Source of the DNA: an archaeon
GTDB lineage: Archaea > Asgardarchaeota > Thorarchaeia > Thorarchaeales > Thorarchaeaceae
Length of the DNA stretch: 64,000 nt
NCBI GenBank assembly: GCA_024276825.1
Contig: JAJRWI010000037.1
Location: 28,786-92,785 of the forward strand
Direction: 5' to 3'
In this document: positions 50,296-58,906 of the stretch, one piece after another
Numbering within the stretch: position 1 is the first letter of the stretch
How the letters are laid out: every line of letters begins with the position of its first letter
Program-made: the position numbers and the translations under genes
The notes under the pieces: generated by a model
The model's input: the letters and a program-made list of their open reading frames with translations, nothing else
Databases searched by the model: none
Told to the model about the DNA's origin: nothing

Positions 50296-51525
50296 GTGCT
50301 AATGAGCATGGGATTCAGTGTGGGTATAGTCGGAAAGCCATCATGCGGGAAAACATCTTTTACTAATGCAGCTTGCATGACCGATTTCAAGGTTGGAAGC
50401 TATCCTTTTACAACAATTGAGGCGAATGTGGGAGTTGCTCATGTGAGAACAGAATGTGTATGCAAAGAGTTCAACGTGGATGATAATCCACAGAACAGTA
50501 TATGCATTGATGGCATTAGACTGATTCCCGTTAAACTAATTGACGTTGCAGGACTTGTGCCTGGTGCGCATAAAGGTCGCGGAATGGGAAACAAGTTTCT
50601 AGATGATCTGAGACAGGCAGATGTTTTAATACATATCGTTGATGCAAGCGGCGCACTTGACGCTGAAGGGCAGGAGGTTTCTGAAGGAACATATGATCCT
50701 GTGGATGATGTGCGATTCCTAGAGAAAGAGATAACCGAGTGGATTCTGGGAATAGTTCAAAAGGACTGGCGAAGAATCTCTGGCCGTATCAGATCCGAAG
50801 GGGCAAAACTCGATGAAATGCTCCTAGAAAAGCTCTCAGGTCTCAATGTAAAAAAGGCCCATATTCTAAAGGCAATTCGTGAATCGGGCTTGAAGGCAGA
50901 AAATGCTGACAAATGGAATGATGATGAGATTCGAAGATTCATAAGAACCCTCCAGCAGATTGCAAAACCAATCATTATTGCGGCCAATAAGATTGACAAG
51001 CCCGATGCACAATCAAATTATATACGGCTCAAGGAGGCCTTCCCAGACTATCTAATAATGCCAGTCAGCGCTCTTGCTGAACGAGTATTAAGAGAGCTCG
51101 ACAAGAAGGGCATCATTAAGTACATTCCAGGTGATACTGATTTTGATATTATTCAACCTGAAAAACTGAATGATAAAGAGATAGCTCAACTGGAGAAGAT
51201 TAAGGGAGAAATCCTTCAGAAATATAATGGAACTGGTGTTCAGAACATTCTGAACAGTGCTGTGTTTGACTTTCTTCATATGATAACAGTCTATCCTGTA
51301 TTTGATGTCAACACCCTGTCGGACAGCAATGGGAATGTCTTGCCTGATGTCTACCTCGTTCCTGAAGGTATCACAGCAAAAGAGTTTGCAGGAGTAATCC
51401 ATACTGATCTCATGGAATCATTTATCCATGCCATCGATGCAAGGACCAAGATGCGAATATCTGACAAGCATGTTCTTGAAGACAGAGCCATTATTAAGAT
51501 TGTCAGCGCAAAAGGCGCAAAGTGA
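50296..51525 (+). CDS. ychF: OBG-family YchF-like GTPase/ATPase
   Basis: GKPSCGKT, YPFTTI, DVAGLVPGAH.G.G.GN.FL, NKID, C-terminal TGS domain. Confidence 0.88.
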   Translation: MLMSMGFSVGIVGKPSCGKTSFTNAACMTDFKVGSYPFTTIEANVGVAHVRTECVCKEFNVDDNPQNSICIDGIRLIPVKLIDVAGLVPGAHKGRGMGNKFLDDLRQADVLIHIVDASGALDAEGQEVSEGTYDPVDDVRFLEKEITEWILGIVQKDWRRISGRIRSEGAKLDEMLLEKLSGLNVKKAHILKAIRESGLKAENADKWNDDEIRRFIRTLQQIAKPIIIAANKIDKPDAQSNYIRLKEAFPDYLIMPVSALAERVLRELDKKGIIKYIPGDTDFDIIQPEKLNDKEIAQLEKIKGEILQKYNGTGVQNILNSAVFDFLHMITVYPVFDVNTLSDSNGNVLPDVYLVPEGITAKEFAGVIHTDLMESFIHAIDARTKMRISDKHVLEDRAIIKIVSAKGAK

Positions 51526-51530
51526 TCTTA

Positions 51531-52070
51531 CTACTTAGTTATCCTCTCTCCCAGCAACCGGTATTGGCCCGACAAAGGAAGATACGTGAACAACTCCATC
51601 TTGCTAGGTGTAAACTTGCCTGACTCGTCCATAACGCCATCATCAACATGCACTGCTACGACCTCTGCAATGAACAAATCATGAGCTCCAAGACTCACAA
51701 CCTGACTTGTCTTACACTCAATGTTAATGGGGCACTCTTCTATCAATGGAGATGCCACTTTAGACGCTTTGCCTTCAGTAAGATTGCACTCTGCGAACTT
51801 GTCATGGTCCCTGCCTGATTTTGTCCCGCAGAACACCGTTGCATCAAATAGATCTCTTGAGGGGATATTTAACACAAAATCTCCCGCATTTTTCACAAGT
51901 GCATGACTGAACCTGTTTGGTCTTATCCCCACTGCAACTGTTGGCGGATCGCTACAGACATTTGCGACCCATGAAAGCGTTATTATGTTTGATCTTGGAA
52001 TTCCAGCAACACTCAACAGGACTACAGGACACGGCACAACTGCCGTGGTTGGTCTGATATCTTCTTTCAT
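51531..52070 (-). CDS. Flavin reductase family protein
   Basis: P.PVVL, GTKSGRD.DKF, P.IEEC...EC, GAHDLFIAEV. Confidence 0.88.
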   Translation of the reverse strand: MKEDIRPTTAVVPCPVVLLSVAGIPRSNIITLSWVANVCSDPPTVAVGIRPNRFSHALVKNAGDFVLNIPSRDLFDATVFCGTKSGRDHDKFAECNLTEGKASKVASPLIEECPINIECKTSQVVSLGAHDLFIAEVVAVHVDDGVMDESGKFTPSKMELFTYLPLSGQYRLLGERITK

Positions 52071-52166
52071 ATGTGAACAGATTCTCCTTCCTCAAAAAAG
52101 CTTACGACAGCAAGTTTAAGTTTAACTTGACTTGGTCTGACTCAATAACTCAGAGAGGTTGTCAGT

Positions 52167-53078
52167 ATGGCACGAGTGTTAGTTGCAGATCCGATAGCTG
52201 ACTCAGCCAGAGTCAAGATAGTAGAGGCAGGTTTCGAAGTGGTGGTTCGAGATAAGGAAAATGATGGTCCTCTGACAGAGCAAATCAAGGGCTTTGATTG
52301 TATAATAGTTAGAAGCGCTACAAAGGTGACCCGTGAAGTCTTCGAAGCGGCTGATAATCTAAAACTTGTTGTCAGGGCGGGTGTAGGACTCGATAATGTT
52401 GATCTTGAAGCGGCAAAAGATCATGGTGTAAAGGTATTGAACACCCCAGAGGCCCCCACAGTTTCAGTAGCAGAGATGGTCTTTGCCCTAATGTTTGCTC
52501 TAGCACGAAGAATCACACAGGCAGACAATCTGATGAAGAGGGAAGAATGGGCTAAAAAGAAGCTTAAGGGTGTTGAACTATGGCAAAAGACCCTCGGCAT
52601 AATTGGGTTTGGACGAATTGGATATGAAGTGGGTAAGAGGGCAAAGGTTCTAGGAATGAAGGTCCTTGCCTATGATGTGGTTGACATCGATAAACTCTGC
52701 AAAGATATTGGGGCCAAACGCGTTGAGTTCGATGAACTACTAAAGAGATCCGATTTTGTTACAATTCATGTACCACTACTCCCGCAGACCCGTGCACTCA
52801 TCAGTAGTGAACAGTTCAAGATGATGAAGGATGGCGCTTTTCTAATCAATACAGCTCGTGGTGGTGTTGTAGATGAGAAGGCACTTTTGGAGGCTCTGGA
52901 TGCTGGACTGATTGCAGGAGCAGCGCTTGATGTGTTTGAGAGTGAACCTCCCACCGACTGGGCCATCGCAAGACACCCCAAAATAATTGCAACCCCACAT
53001 TTATCATCATCAACAGTTGAGGCTCAAGTCCGGGTTGGTGAACTCACTGCACAAAAAGTGATTGATGAACTGACCTAA
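52167..53078 (+). CDS. D-2-hydroxyacid dehydrogenase (short SerA-like)
   Basis: RAGVGLDN, GFGRIG, INTARG, DVFESEP, TPH. Confidence 0.88.
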   Translation: MARVLVADPIADSARVKIVEAGFEVVVRDKENDGPLTEQIKGFDCIIVRSATKVTREVFEAADNLKLVVRAGVGLDNVDLEAAKDHGVKVLNTPEAPTVSVAEMVFALMFALARRITQADNLMKREEWAKKKLKGVELWQKTLGIIGFGRIGYEVGKRAKVLGMKVLAYDVVDIDKLCKDIGAKRVEFDELLKRSDFVTIHVPLLPQTRALISSEQFKMMKDGAFLINTARGGVVDEKALLEALDAGLIAGAALDVFESEPPTDWAIARHPKIIATPHLSSSTVEAQVRVGELTAQKVIDELT

Positions 53079-53084
53079 GCAATC

Positions 53085-53726
53085 TGAAATAGTAATCTTC
53101 AGATGAATGAAAGATATTCAAACTTGCCACGTTAGTCAGAATTGGAGTCATGGCGGAGAGGCTTGGAGTTTCCGTTTCCACTCTCTGAAGATGGGAACGC
53201 AGGGGACTCTTCTTACCCACTCTCAGGACACCCAGTGGGGACAGGCGTCATGAGACCTCCCCCAACTGATCATCCAACTCAGAGAGGAAACATGCATCAG
53301 TCTATGCACGGGCCTCATCATCGGTTTTTATACAAGCTTAAATTATGTCTGATGAATTCCCTATTGGACTAGCACACTGGGCATCGAAGAAACCCAGACG
53401 TACGAAAGCCCGAGGGAAGAAGACTTCTCGAGGGAGGTCCTTACCTCCTCGCAGCCATACTGCATTGCATTGGAAGGGGTCCGCGGTGGCAAGGACCATG
53501 CAGAGCACTCTGTGTGAGTACGACGACCCCCACTGTGTCCGGAGATGATGCGACCGGGGCAACACAGGGGGGCGGAGGCCAGTTCTGCGACAGTGCAGAA
53601 AAAGTCCCTGCAAACACTGGACATGTTCTGGTGGGTGGTAACACCTGCAGGGGAAGGGCTGAACGCATGAGTCCTGTTCAGACGAGTTCACCACTGTGCG
53701 ACAAGTCTGAACAGGATTAGGTTGTC
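53085..53726 (+). mobile_element. Degenerate IS607-family element, copy C (tnpA remnant, probable tnpB remnant, right end)
   Basis: LVRIGVMAERLGVSVSTL*RWERRGLFLPTLRTPSGDRRH (MerR-HTH), then YARASS (serine resolvase YARVSS), then a GC-rich eroded coding remnant, then the perfect hairpin CCTGTTCAGAC/GTCTGAACAGG. Confidence 0.85.
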
Positions 53727-53744
53727 ACCAATCGTTACACCTTT

Positions 53745-53788
53745 AAGGATCCCTTATGGAATTCAACTTGGTTCCATAAGGGATCCTT
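53745..53788. repeat. Perfect 17-bp inverted repeat upstream of rpl15e
   Basis: AAGGATCCCTTATGGAA-N10-TTCCATAAGGGATCCTT. Confidence 0.8.
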
Positions 53789-53885
53789 GTTCCTTTGTGT
53801 TGGCGGATGAGTCCGCTTGGGATGTGGCCCGCTTCGGGCTGAACCACAAACAAAGAGAATAGAACACTGCAAAGGAAGTAAGAAT

Positions 53886-54467
53886 ATGTCAGCATACAAG
53901 AGAATGAATGAAATCTGGTTGCAACACCAGAGAGAACGATCTGACCTCGTCAGAAGTAGACTGATTATTTGGAGAAAGCAAGGCACTATTGTACGTCTTG
54001 AACGCCCAACCCGACTGGGACGAGCAAGGTCTCTGGGATACAAGGCAAAACAGGGCTATATCATAGTGCGAGTTAAGACAGGTCGTGGTCCTAGAGAAAA
54101 GCCTAGACCAAGGATGGGGCGAAAACCACGAAGTCTGGGAGTCACAAAATATACCCCTCAGAAATCAAGACGTTGGATTGCTGAAGAACGTGTTGGAAGA
54201 AAGTTCCCCAATTTACGAGTACTGAACTCATACTGGGTTGGGTCTGATCATAAATGGGTCTGGCATGAAGTAATTCTTGTTGATCCAAACCACCCTGTGA
54301 TATACAACGACCCACACATCAACTGGATATGTGATTCCGTTCATAAGGGTAGAGAAAACAGGGGCCTTACATCTGCTGGGAAAAGAAGCAGGGGTTTAAG
54401 AAGAAGAGGGCGTGGTGCTGAAAAGATACGCCCCTCCCTACGAGCACGCGGTAATCGTGGCAAGTAG
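53886..54467 (+). CDS. rpl15e: 50S ribosomal protein L15e
   Basis: MSAYK, RPTRL.RAR.LGYKAKQG, LRVLNSYWV, RGLTSAG. Confidence 0.97.
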   Translation: MSAYKRMNEIWLQHQRERSDLVRSRLIIWRKQGTIVRLERPTRLGRARSLGYKAKQGYIIVRVKTGRGPREKPRPRMGRKPRSLGVTKYTPQKSRRWIAEERVGRKFPNLRVLNSYWVGSDHKWVWHEVILVDPNHPVIYNDPHINWICDSVHKGRENRGLTSAGKRSRGLRRRGRGAEKIRPSLRARGNRGK

Positions 54468-54482
54468 TTGGATGGAATATTC

Positions 54483-54941
54483 ATGCCCATTGTCGACCGG
54501 ATAGAGGCCAGAGCATACTCTTACGAAACAGAAGTGACTGAGCGAGTAGTATCTGCTGTAGTCAATCTATTTCCAAGTGATATCCGTCCAAGCCTTGAAG
54601 TTCGCACACAAAAGACTGATGGACACTCACATACCACAATTATCGTGGTCAATGCCCTTCTCACTGGGAACAGAAAATGCACGGGTGCCTTTGATCACAT
54701 GATACATAGACTGAGTCATGAAGACCGACGAAATCTTCTGCGGTCATTGGATCTTCGCCTTAACGATGACTGCGTCCTCTTTCTAAGGTTCGATAAGCAA
54801 CAGGCCTACCTTAATGAAATAAGGCTTCAAAATACTCCCGATGTGATAAGAGTGCAGGTTCATATACGATATTATCCGCGCTGTGATAGGAAACAAGCTA
54901 TATCCGATCTGCAGGAATTACTTGAGAGAGAACTTGATTAA
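54483..54941 (+). CDS. RNA-binding protein (COG1325-like) of the rpl15e-RNase P operon
   Basis: ETE...V..A, GH...I, LFLRFDKQ.A; conserved archaeal position after rpl15e. Confidence 0.75.
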   Translation: MPIVDRIEARAYSYETEVTERVVSAVVNLFPSDIRPSLEVRTQKTDGHSHTTIIVVNALLTGNRKCTGAFDHMIHRLSHEDRRNLLRSLDLRLNDDCVLFLRFDKQQAYLNEIRLQNTPDVIRVQVHIRYYPRCDRKQAISDLQELLERELD

Positions 54942-54991
54942 TAAGTGTCAAAATGCATTTGCAAAGTATCTAAACCAATGAGTGAATGTAA

Positions 54992-55681
54992 ATGCATGTC
55001 GATATGAATGTCAATATCACCAAGCCCGAGCAGATACCCCACTTTGTAAAGATGGCCAAAAATATGGGCCTTGATGGTCTTGCTGTTACATGTAATATCG
55101 ATAAACCAGTTATAACTTTCGAAGATGGATTTCGTTTATACAAACGTGCATGTCTCAAACAGGCCACCCTGCCCGCCTTGAAAACGAGGGTCTCACAAAT
55201 AAGAAGGTTCGTGATGATTGTTGCGGTTCCACTCAGGTCTGTCCAACTTGCAAACTGGGCAGCGGACGATGCAAGAGTGGATTTACTTACATTGAGTGGA
55301 ATATCAAAGGAAGAGTCTTTGAAGTCATCGACTGCACGGCTTGCAGCCTCATCAGGCACTGCATTGGAGGTACAGATGGCATCCCTTCTCACAAACTTCG
55401 GGCTTGATAGATCAAGGGCTATTAAGACATTTCGTGAGTCCATTCGGATTGCACAGTCTGCAGGGATGCCAATCATCTTATCAAGTGGTGCCAAATCACC
55501 AATGATGTTGCGTTCTCCTCGGGCCATGCTTCACATTGCCAGACTTTTAGGGATTGACGACCCAGACTTTATGGAGAATATGTCCCATACTATTGAAAAA
55601 ATGCTATCTCAGAATCAACGAAAGCTCAGCAATGACTACATTGCTCCGGGAATGGAAATTGTGTGGAGGCCCGATCAATAA
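54992..55681 (+). CDS. rnp3: RNase P protein component 3 (Rpp30)
   Basis: PHP-like fold, RVDLL, IILSSGA.S...LRSPR; operon context. Confidence 0.85.
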   Translation: MHVDMNVNITKPEQIPHFVKMAKNMGLDGLAVTCNIDKPVITFEDGFRLYKRACLKQATLPALKTRVSQIRRFVMIVAVPLRSVQLANWAADDARVDLLTLSGISKEESLKSSTARLAASSGTALEVQMASLLTNFGLDRSRAIKTFRESIRIAQSAGMPIILSSGAKSPMMLRSPRAMLHIARLLGIDDPDFMENMSHTIEKMLSQNQRKLSNDYIAPGMEIVWRPDQ

Positions 55682-55989
55682 TGAGAACTGAGCGAAAGAG
55701 GTATGTCAGATTCAGACTCTTCAGAGATGGCCCTCCCATCAATGAGAAAAGACTGGCAATTGAGATTCGAAGGAATCTATTGTCCCTCTTTGGTGAGATT
55801 ATTGTTGCTGACTCGAAGTTCTTTCTGACCCAGTATGATGAAACCAATGGGACAGGAATCCTACAATGCAATGAGAAAACTCTAGAGCACGTACTGACTG
55901 CAGCATCATTACTATACAAGATAGACGACACACTTGTGTCATTTAAGCCTATCAAGACTTCAGGCACAATCAAAGCAGTTCAAAAATGA
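55681..55989 (+). CDS. rnp2: RNase P protein component 2 (Pop5/Rpp14)
   Basis: ERKRYV.F, LFGE, GILQC, TSGTIK. Confidence 0.85.
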   Translation: MRTERKRYVRFRLFRDGPPINEKRLAIEIRRNLLSLFGEIIVADSKFFLTQYDETNGTGILQCNEKTLEHVLTAASLLYKIDDTLVSFKPIKTSGTIKAVQK

Positions 55990-56230
55990 AACTGTAATAT
56001 TCAGAAGTGGAAAGGTTGTGCAGGCTGTTGTGTTAGTTGTAATTGAAGTCATAGCAAAGAAACTTGGAGTTTCCACATCTACTCTTGGAAGGTGAGAACG
56101 CAAGGGACTGTTCACACCCACATTCAAGACACCAGTGGGTGGTGATACTTGTGGTGAAAGTGCTGAACGCATGGTCCTTGTTCAGACAAGTTCATCTTCT
56201 GATAACAAGTTTGAATAAGTTCAGGTCGTC
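55987..56230 (+). mobile_element. IS607-derived mini-element, copy B (~240-bp class)
   Basis: Remnant IAKKLGVSTSTLGR*ERKGLFTPTFKTP, joined at GTGGG to the right end; ends CAGGTCGTC. Confidence 0.85.
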
Positions 56231-56661
56231 CTTTCTTCACAATCATGCCTTTCCACAATCTCTACTCTCACCACTTGAGCCTCATCATTTTTTAAAACAT
56301 ATGCACGACTTGTCCAATCTCCACTAACCTTTGAGGCTATAAGCCAGATAACCGGGTTTAAGCGCATAAATTGCAGGTCTTTGAATGAGGGTCTTGGAGG
56401 TGCAGGGTGTGAATGATAGATTGCAATTAGGGCTTCACCACGTTCTTCAGCTTCAATGAGATGCCTATACTCTTCCTCTGGATCAATTCTGAATGAAGTG
56501 CGGGGGTTGGATGACACATTCTGAACAGTTTCTAGACTTTGTACTATTACCCTGTTTCCAATCACAACCCCAAACAGCAACACGGCAGCCTCATTGGGGA
56601 GCATTTCCTCAGCAATATTGTGCAGCCTGATGATAAACTCCTGAGGAATCACCAGTATCAA
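56221..56661 (-). CDS. JAMM/MPN+ metalloprotease (desampylase/deubiquitinase-like)
   Basis: PNEA..LL.G and the YHSHP....PS..D JAMM motif. Confidence 0.88.
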   Translation of the reverse strand: MILVIPQEFIIRLHNIAEEMLPNEAAVLLFGVVIGNRVIVQSLETVQNVSSNPRTSFRIDPEEEYRHLIEAEERGEALIAIYHSHPAPPRPSFKDLQFMRLNPVIWLIASKVSGDWTSRAYVLKNDEAQVVRVEIVERHDCEERTT

Positions 56662-56679
56662 TTTACTGAACCAGCCTGA

Positions 56680-57141
56680 TCAGAATGCTGACTTAATGTC
56701 TTCAAGAACAATACAGGTTTCTACATCTCCAACGCCAGTGAGTTTTCCAAGTCGTTTTTCTAGAAACTGCCGGAGTTCAGAGAGGTCATTCACTGTGACC
56801 TTCAGCATAAGTCCACATGCGCCATCTAGAAAATATGCCTCATTGACCTCGTCATATTCATTTATTTTATCAGCAATCAGTGTGGCCTCTTTCATTAACG
56901 TCTTGACACGGATGATAGCTCTTATACTCTTCCCAATCTTCAGGGGATCTATTACTACCGTGAACCGTTTTATTACACCTTCGTCAATTAACCGTTTCAC
57001 GCGCCTTCGAATTGTGACCTCTGTACGTCCTACAGCTTCTGCAATCTCTGTGAACGATCTTCTGCCGTCCTCTTGCAACATTGAGAGAATCTTTGTATCT
57101 ATCGAATCAAGTTTCAAAGCGACCGCCCCATGATGAGTCAA
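56680..57141 (-). CDS. Lrp/AsnC transcriptional regulator
   Basis: LDSID.KIL..LQEDGR.SF.EIA..VG......RRVKRL...GVI. Confidence 0.92.
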   Translation of the reverse strand: MTHHGAVALKLDSIDTKILSMLQEDGRRSFTEIAEAVGRTEVTIRRRVKRLIDEGVIKRFTVVIDPLKIGKSIRAIIRVKTLMKEATLIADKINEYDEVNEAYFLDGACGLMLKVTVNDLSELRQFLEKRLGKLTGVGDVETCIVLEDIKSAF

Positions 57142-57202
57142 ATCTGATTTGGCTCAGGCAAGTCGCTCATCGTACAAATACATTTCGAATTATGAACAGA
57201 AA

Positions 57203-57220
57203 TGGACATTATAATGTCCA
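57203..57220. promoter_or_regulatory. Perfect 18-bp palindrome upstream of the Lrp gene
   Basis: TGGACATTA|TAATGTCCA; AT-centred dyad, candidate autoregulatory site. Confidence 0.5.
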
Positions 57221-57293
57221 CATTGATTCATGTTTATATCCGTATTCATACTTGACCATGTGCGCAGGTGGACAGACCTTTGTTCACTATCGC

Positions 57294-58127
57294 TCATAAC
57301 ACACGTAATTTCTCGTTCAATATTCTGTCTTCCCTCCCTGCCATGACCGCATAGAGCTCGATGTGTTCAATCAGCTGGGTCGCACTCTTAATCTTCTGTT
57401 CTAACAGCTCCTGAATCTGAAATATTCCCGATGCATTATTCATCAATACCTCTATTCTGACTGTCTTTTCTTCGCCCCTCTTGATTACAACTCTCTCTAT
57501 CGCCATTGCCGAGGCAGAATGAATATTAACACTCCCTGCCTCAAATGGAATTCTAGCTCTTCCGCGAGTCATGTCTGTGGCATCTGCAATGCCTACAATG
57601 CCTGCCTCTATTGTTTCAGGGTGAATCATCTTATCATGACTGTGAATCGCATGGAGCACATGATTACGAATATGCACCTGTTTCCGTTTATCCCTTGGAT
57701 ATGTCTTTGCAAAAATTTTGTCCAGTATTGGCAGTGCCAGTGCCACTGAAAATGCACTATGCCCCTGTCTATGTACACTCATCCCTATATCATGAAGATA
57801 GCAAGCCAAGAACACTATCAACTGGGCGTCCTCAAAAGTCCCAGTACCCTCCTGCACAATCGATGGCTGTACTCCCACACTCAACGTGTTAAGAAGCTTT
57901 AATCCATTCATGGTCACTATCAACGAGTGTGTGTGTCCGTGGTCTGAGTACCCCATCCTGTCAATCGCCATTCTGTTCGAGTCCTCTAGGGTGGTCTGTA
58001 CCTCAACATCCTGCTCAAGCATCTCAAATGCGGTTATACACATCTTGTTGCCTTTGAATTGTTTTTTCACTCGATCCTTGAGTGTTGTATGCTTTATTGT
58101 CGTCTTGTGCTTTGTCCTCTTTGACAT
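57294..58127 (-). CDS. HD-domain phosphohydrolase (COG3294-like)
   Basis: RMGYSDHG..H, YLHDIG..VHR, AD..DM..GRAR, IH..SA. Confidence 0.8.
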   Translation of the reverse strand: MSKRTKHKTTIKHTTLKDRVKKQFKGNKMCITAFEMLEQDVEVQTTLEDSNRMAIDRMGYSDHGHTHSLIVTMNGLKLLNTLSVGVQPSIVQEGTGTFEDAQLIVFLACYLHDIGMSVHRQGHSAFSVALALPILDKIFAKTYPRDKRKQVHIRNHVLHAIHSHDKMIHPETIEAGIVGIADATDMTRGRARIPFEAGSVNIHSASAMAIERVVIKRGEEKTVRIEVLMNNASGIFQIQELLEQKIKSATQLIEHIELYAVMAGREDRILNEKLRVL

Positions 58128-58344
58128 GTTTCATCTCCTCAATCATGAACTCTAATTACATAATGAGAACTCATTAATCTGTGCTGTCACAATGGTTATC
58201 GCCAAATGACATCAGACAAAGAATATCTATGAACCACTCAGGTAATTAATAACTTGGATACCATGAGTGTCCACTCTGCCAAGTATACTACTTTGTTTCT
58301 ATCTCTTATTCCCTTCTCTCAATATGAAATTATGCTTGTGGCAT

Positions 58345-58755
58345 TCATAAGCGTATCGGGTTCGGTCCGATTCTTCTTATCTCCTCTGCGAACTGGTTGA
58401 TTTCAGCAGCAAACTTGTCCCCCTCAGCAGCACTCACGAATACCATCTTCACTCGCTCTTCATTTAATCCCAACTGCCCAATCAGCTTCCTTGCAAACCG
58501 CACTCTCCTCTCTGCCCCCAAGTTCCCTGTCTTGTACGCACAATCTCCAGGGTGGCAGCCTACCACCAACACACCGTCTGCTCCCTCCTGCAATGCCTTT
58601 AGAATAAAGTTTAGGTCCAACCTTGCTGTGCATGGCATTCGTATTATCCGCGCGCTTATGTCGTACTGCAACTTCATTGTTCCAGCTAAATCGCTGGCTG
58701 CGTACATACATTGCATACATCCAAGGACTATAATTTTCATGTCTTTTGGGGGCAT
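58345..58755 (-). CDS. mvhD: Hydrogenase iron-sulfur subunit MvhD
   Basis: CxxCxYAASDLAG, IRMPC, GADGV...GCH.GDC.Y..GN, SAAEG; start set at MPPKD. Confidence 0.88.
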   Translation of the reverse strand: MPPKDMKIIVLGCMQCMYAASDLAGTMKLQYDISARIIRMPCTARLDLNFILKALQEGADGVLVVGCHPGDCAYKTGNLGAERRVRFARKLIGQLGLNEERVKMVFVSAAEGDKFAAEINQFAEEIRRIGPNPIRL

Positions 58756-58868
58756 AAGGGGAACCTCAAAGATTATTGAGTAAGGAAGCAAAATGTAACC
58801 CCAATATATTCTTTGACATTTGAAAACATCTCTTTGTGTAAATGAATTGATAGCCGTTTTTATGGGGG

Positions 58869-58899
58869 AAAAAGGAGGGCCTGGGAGTACCCAGACCCT
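58869..58899 (-). terminator. Hairpin plus T-tract after the MFS gene
   Basis: Minus strand AGGGTCTGGG-TACT-CCCAGGCCCT-CC-TTTTT, starting 8 nt after the stop codon. Confidence 0.55.
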
Positions 58900-58906
58900 G
58901 AGAATA

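Noticed and set aside
53142-53720. Several overlapping short ORFs; also considered RNase P RNA because of the GC richness and nearby rnp genes
   Set aside because: The region is explained by the IS607 relic, and no RNase P P4 signature pair is visible.
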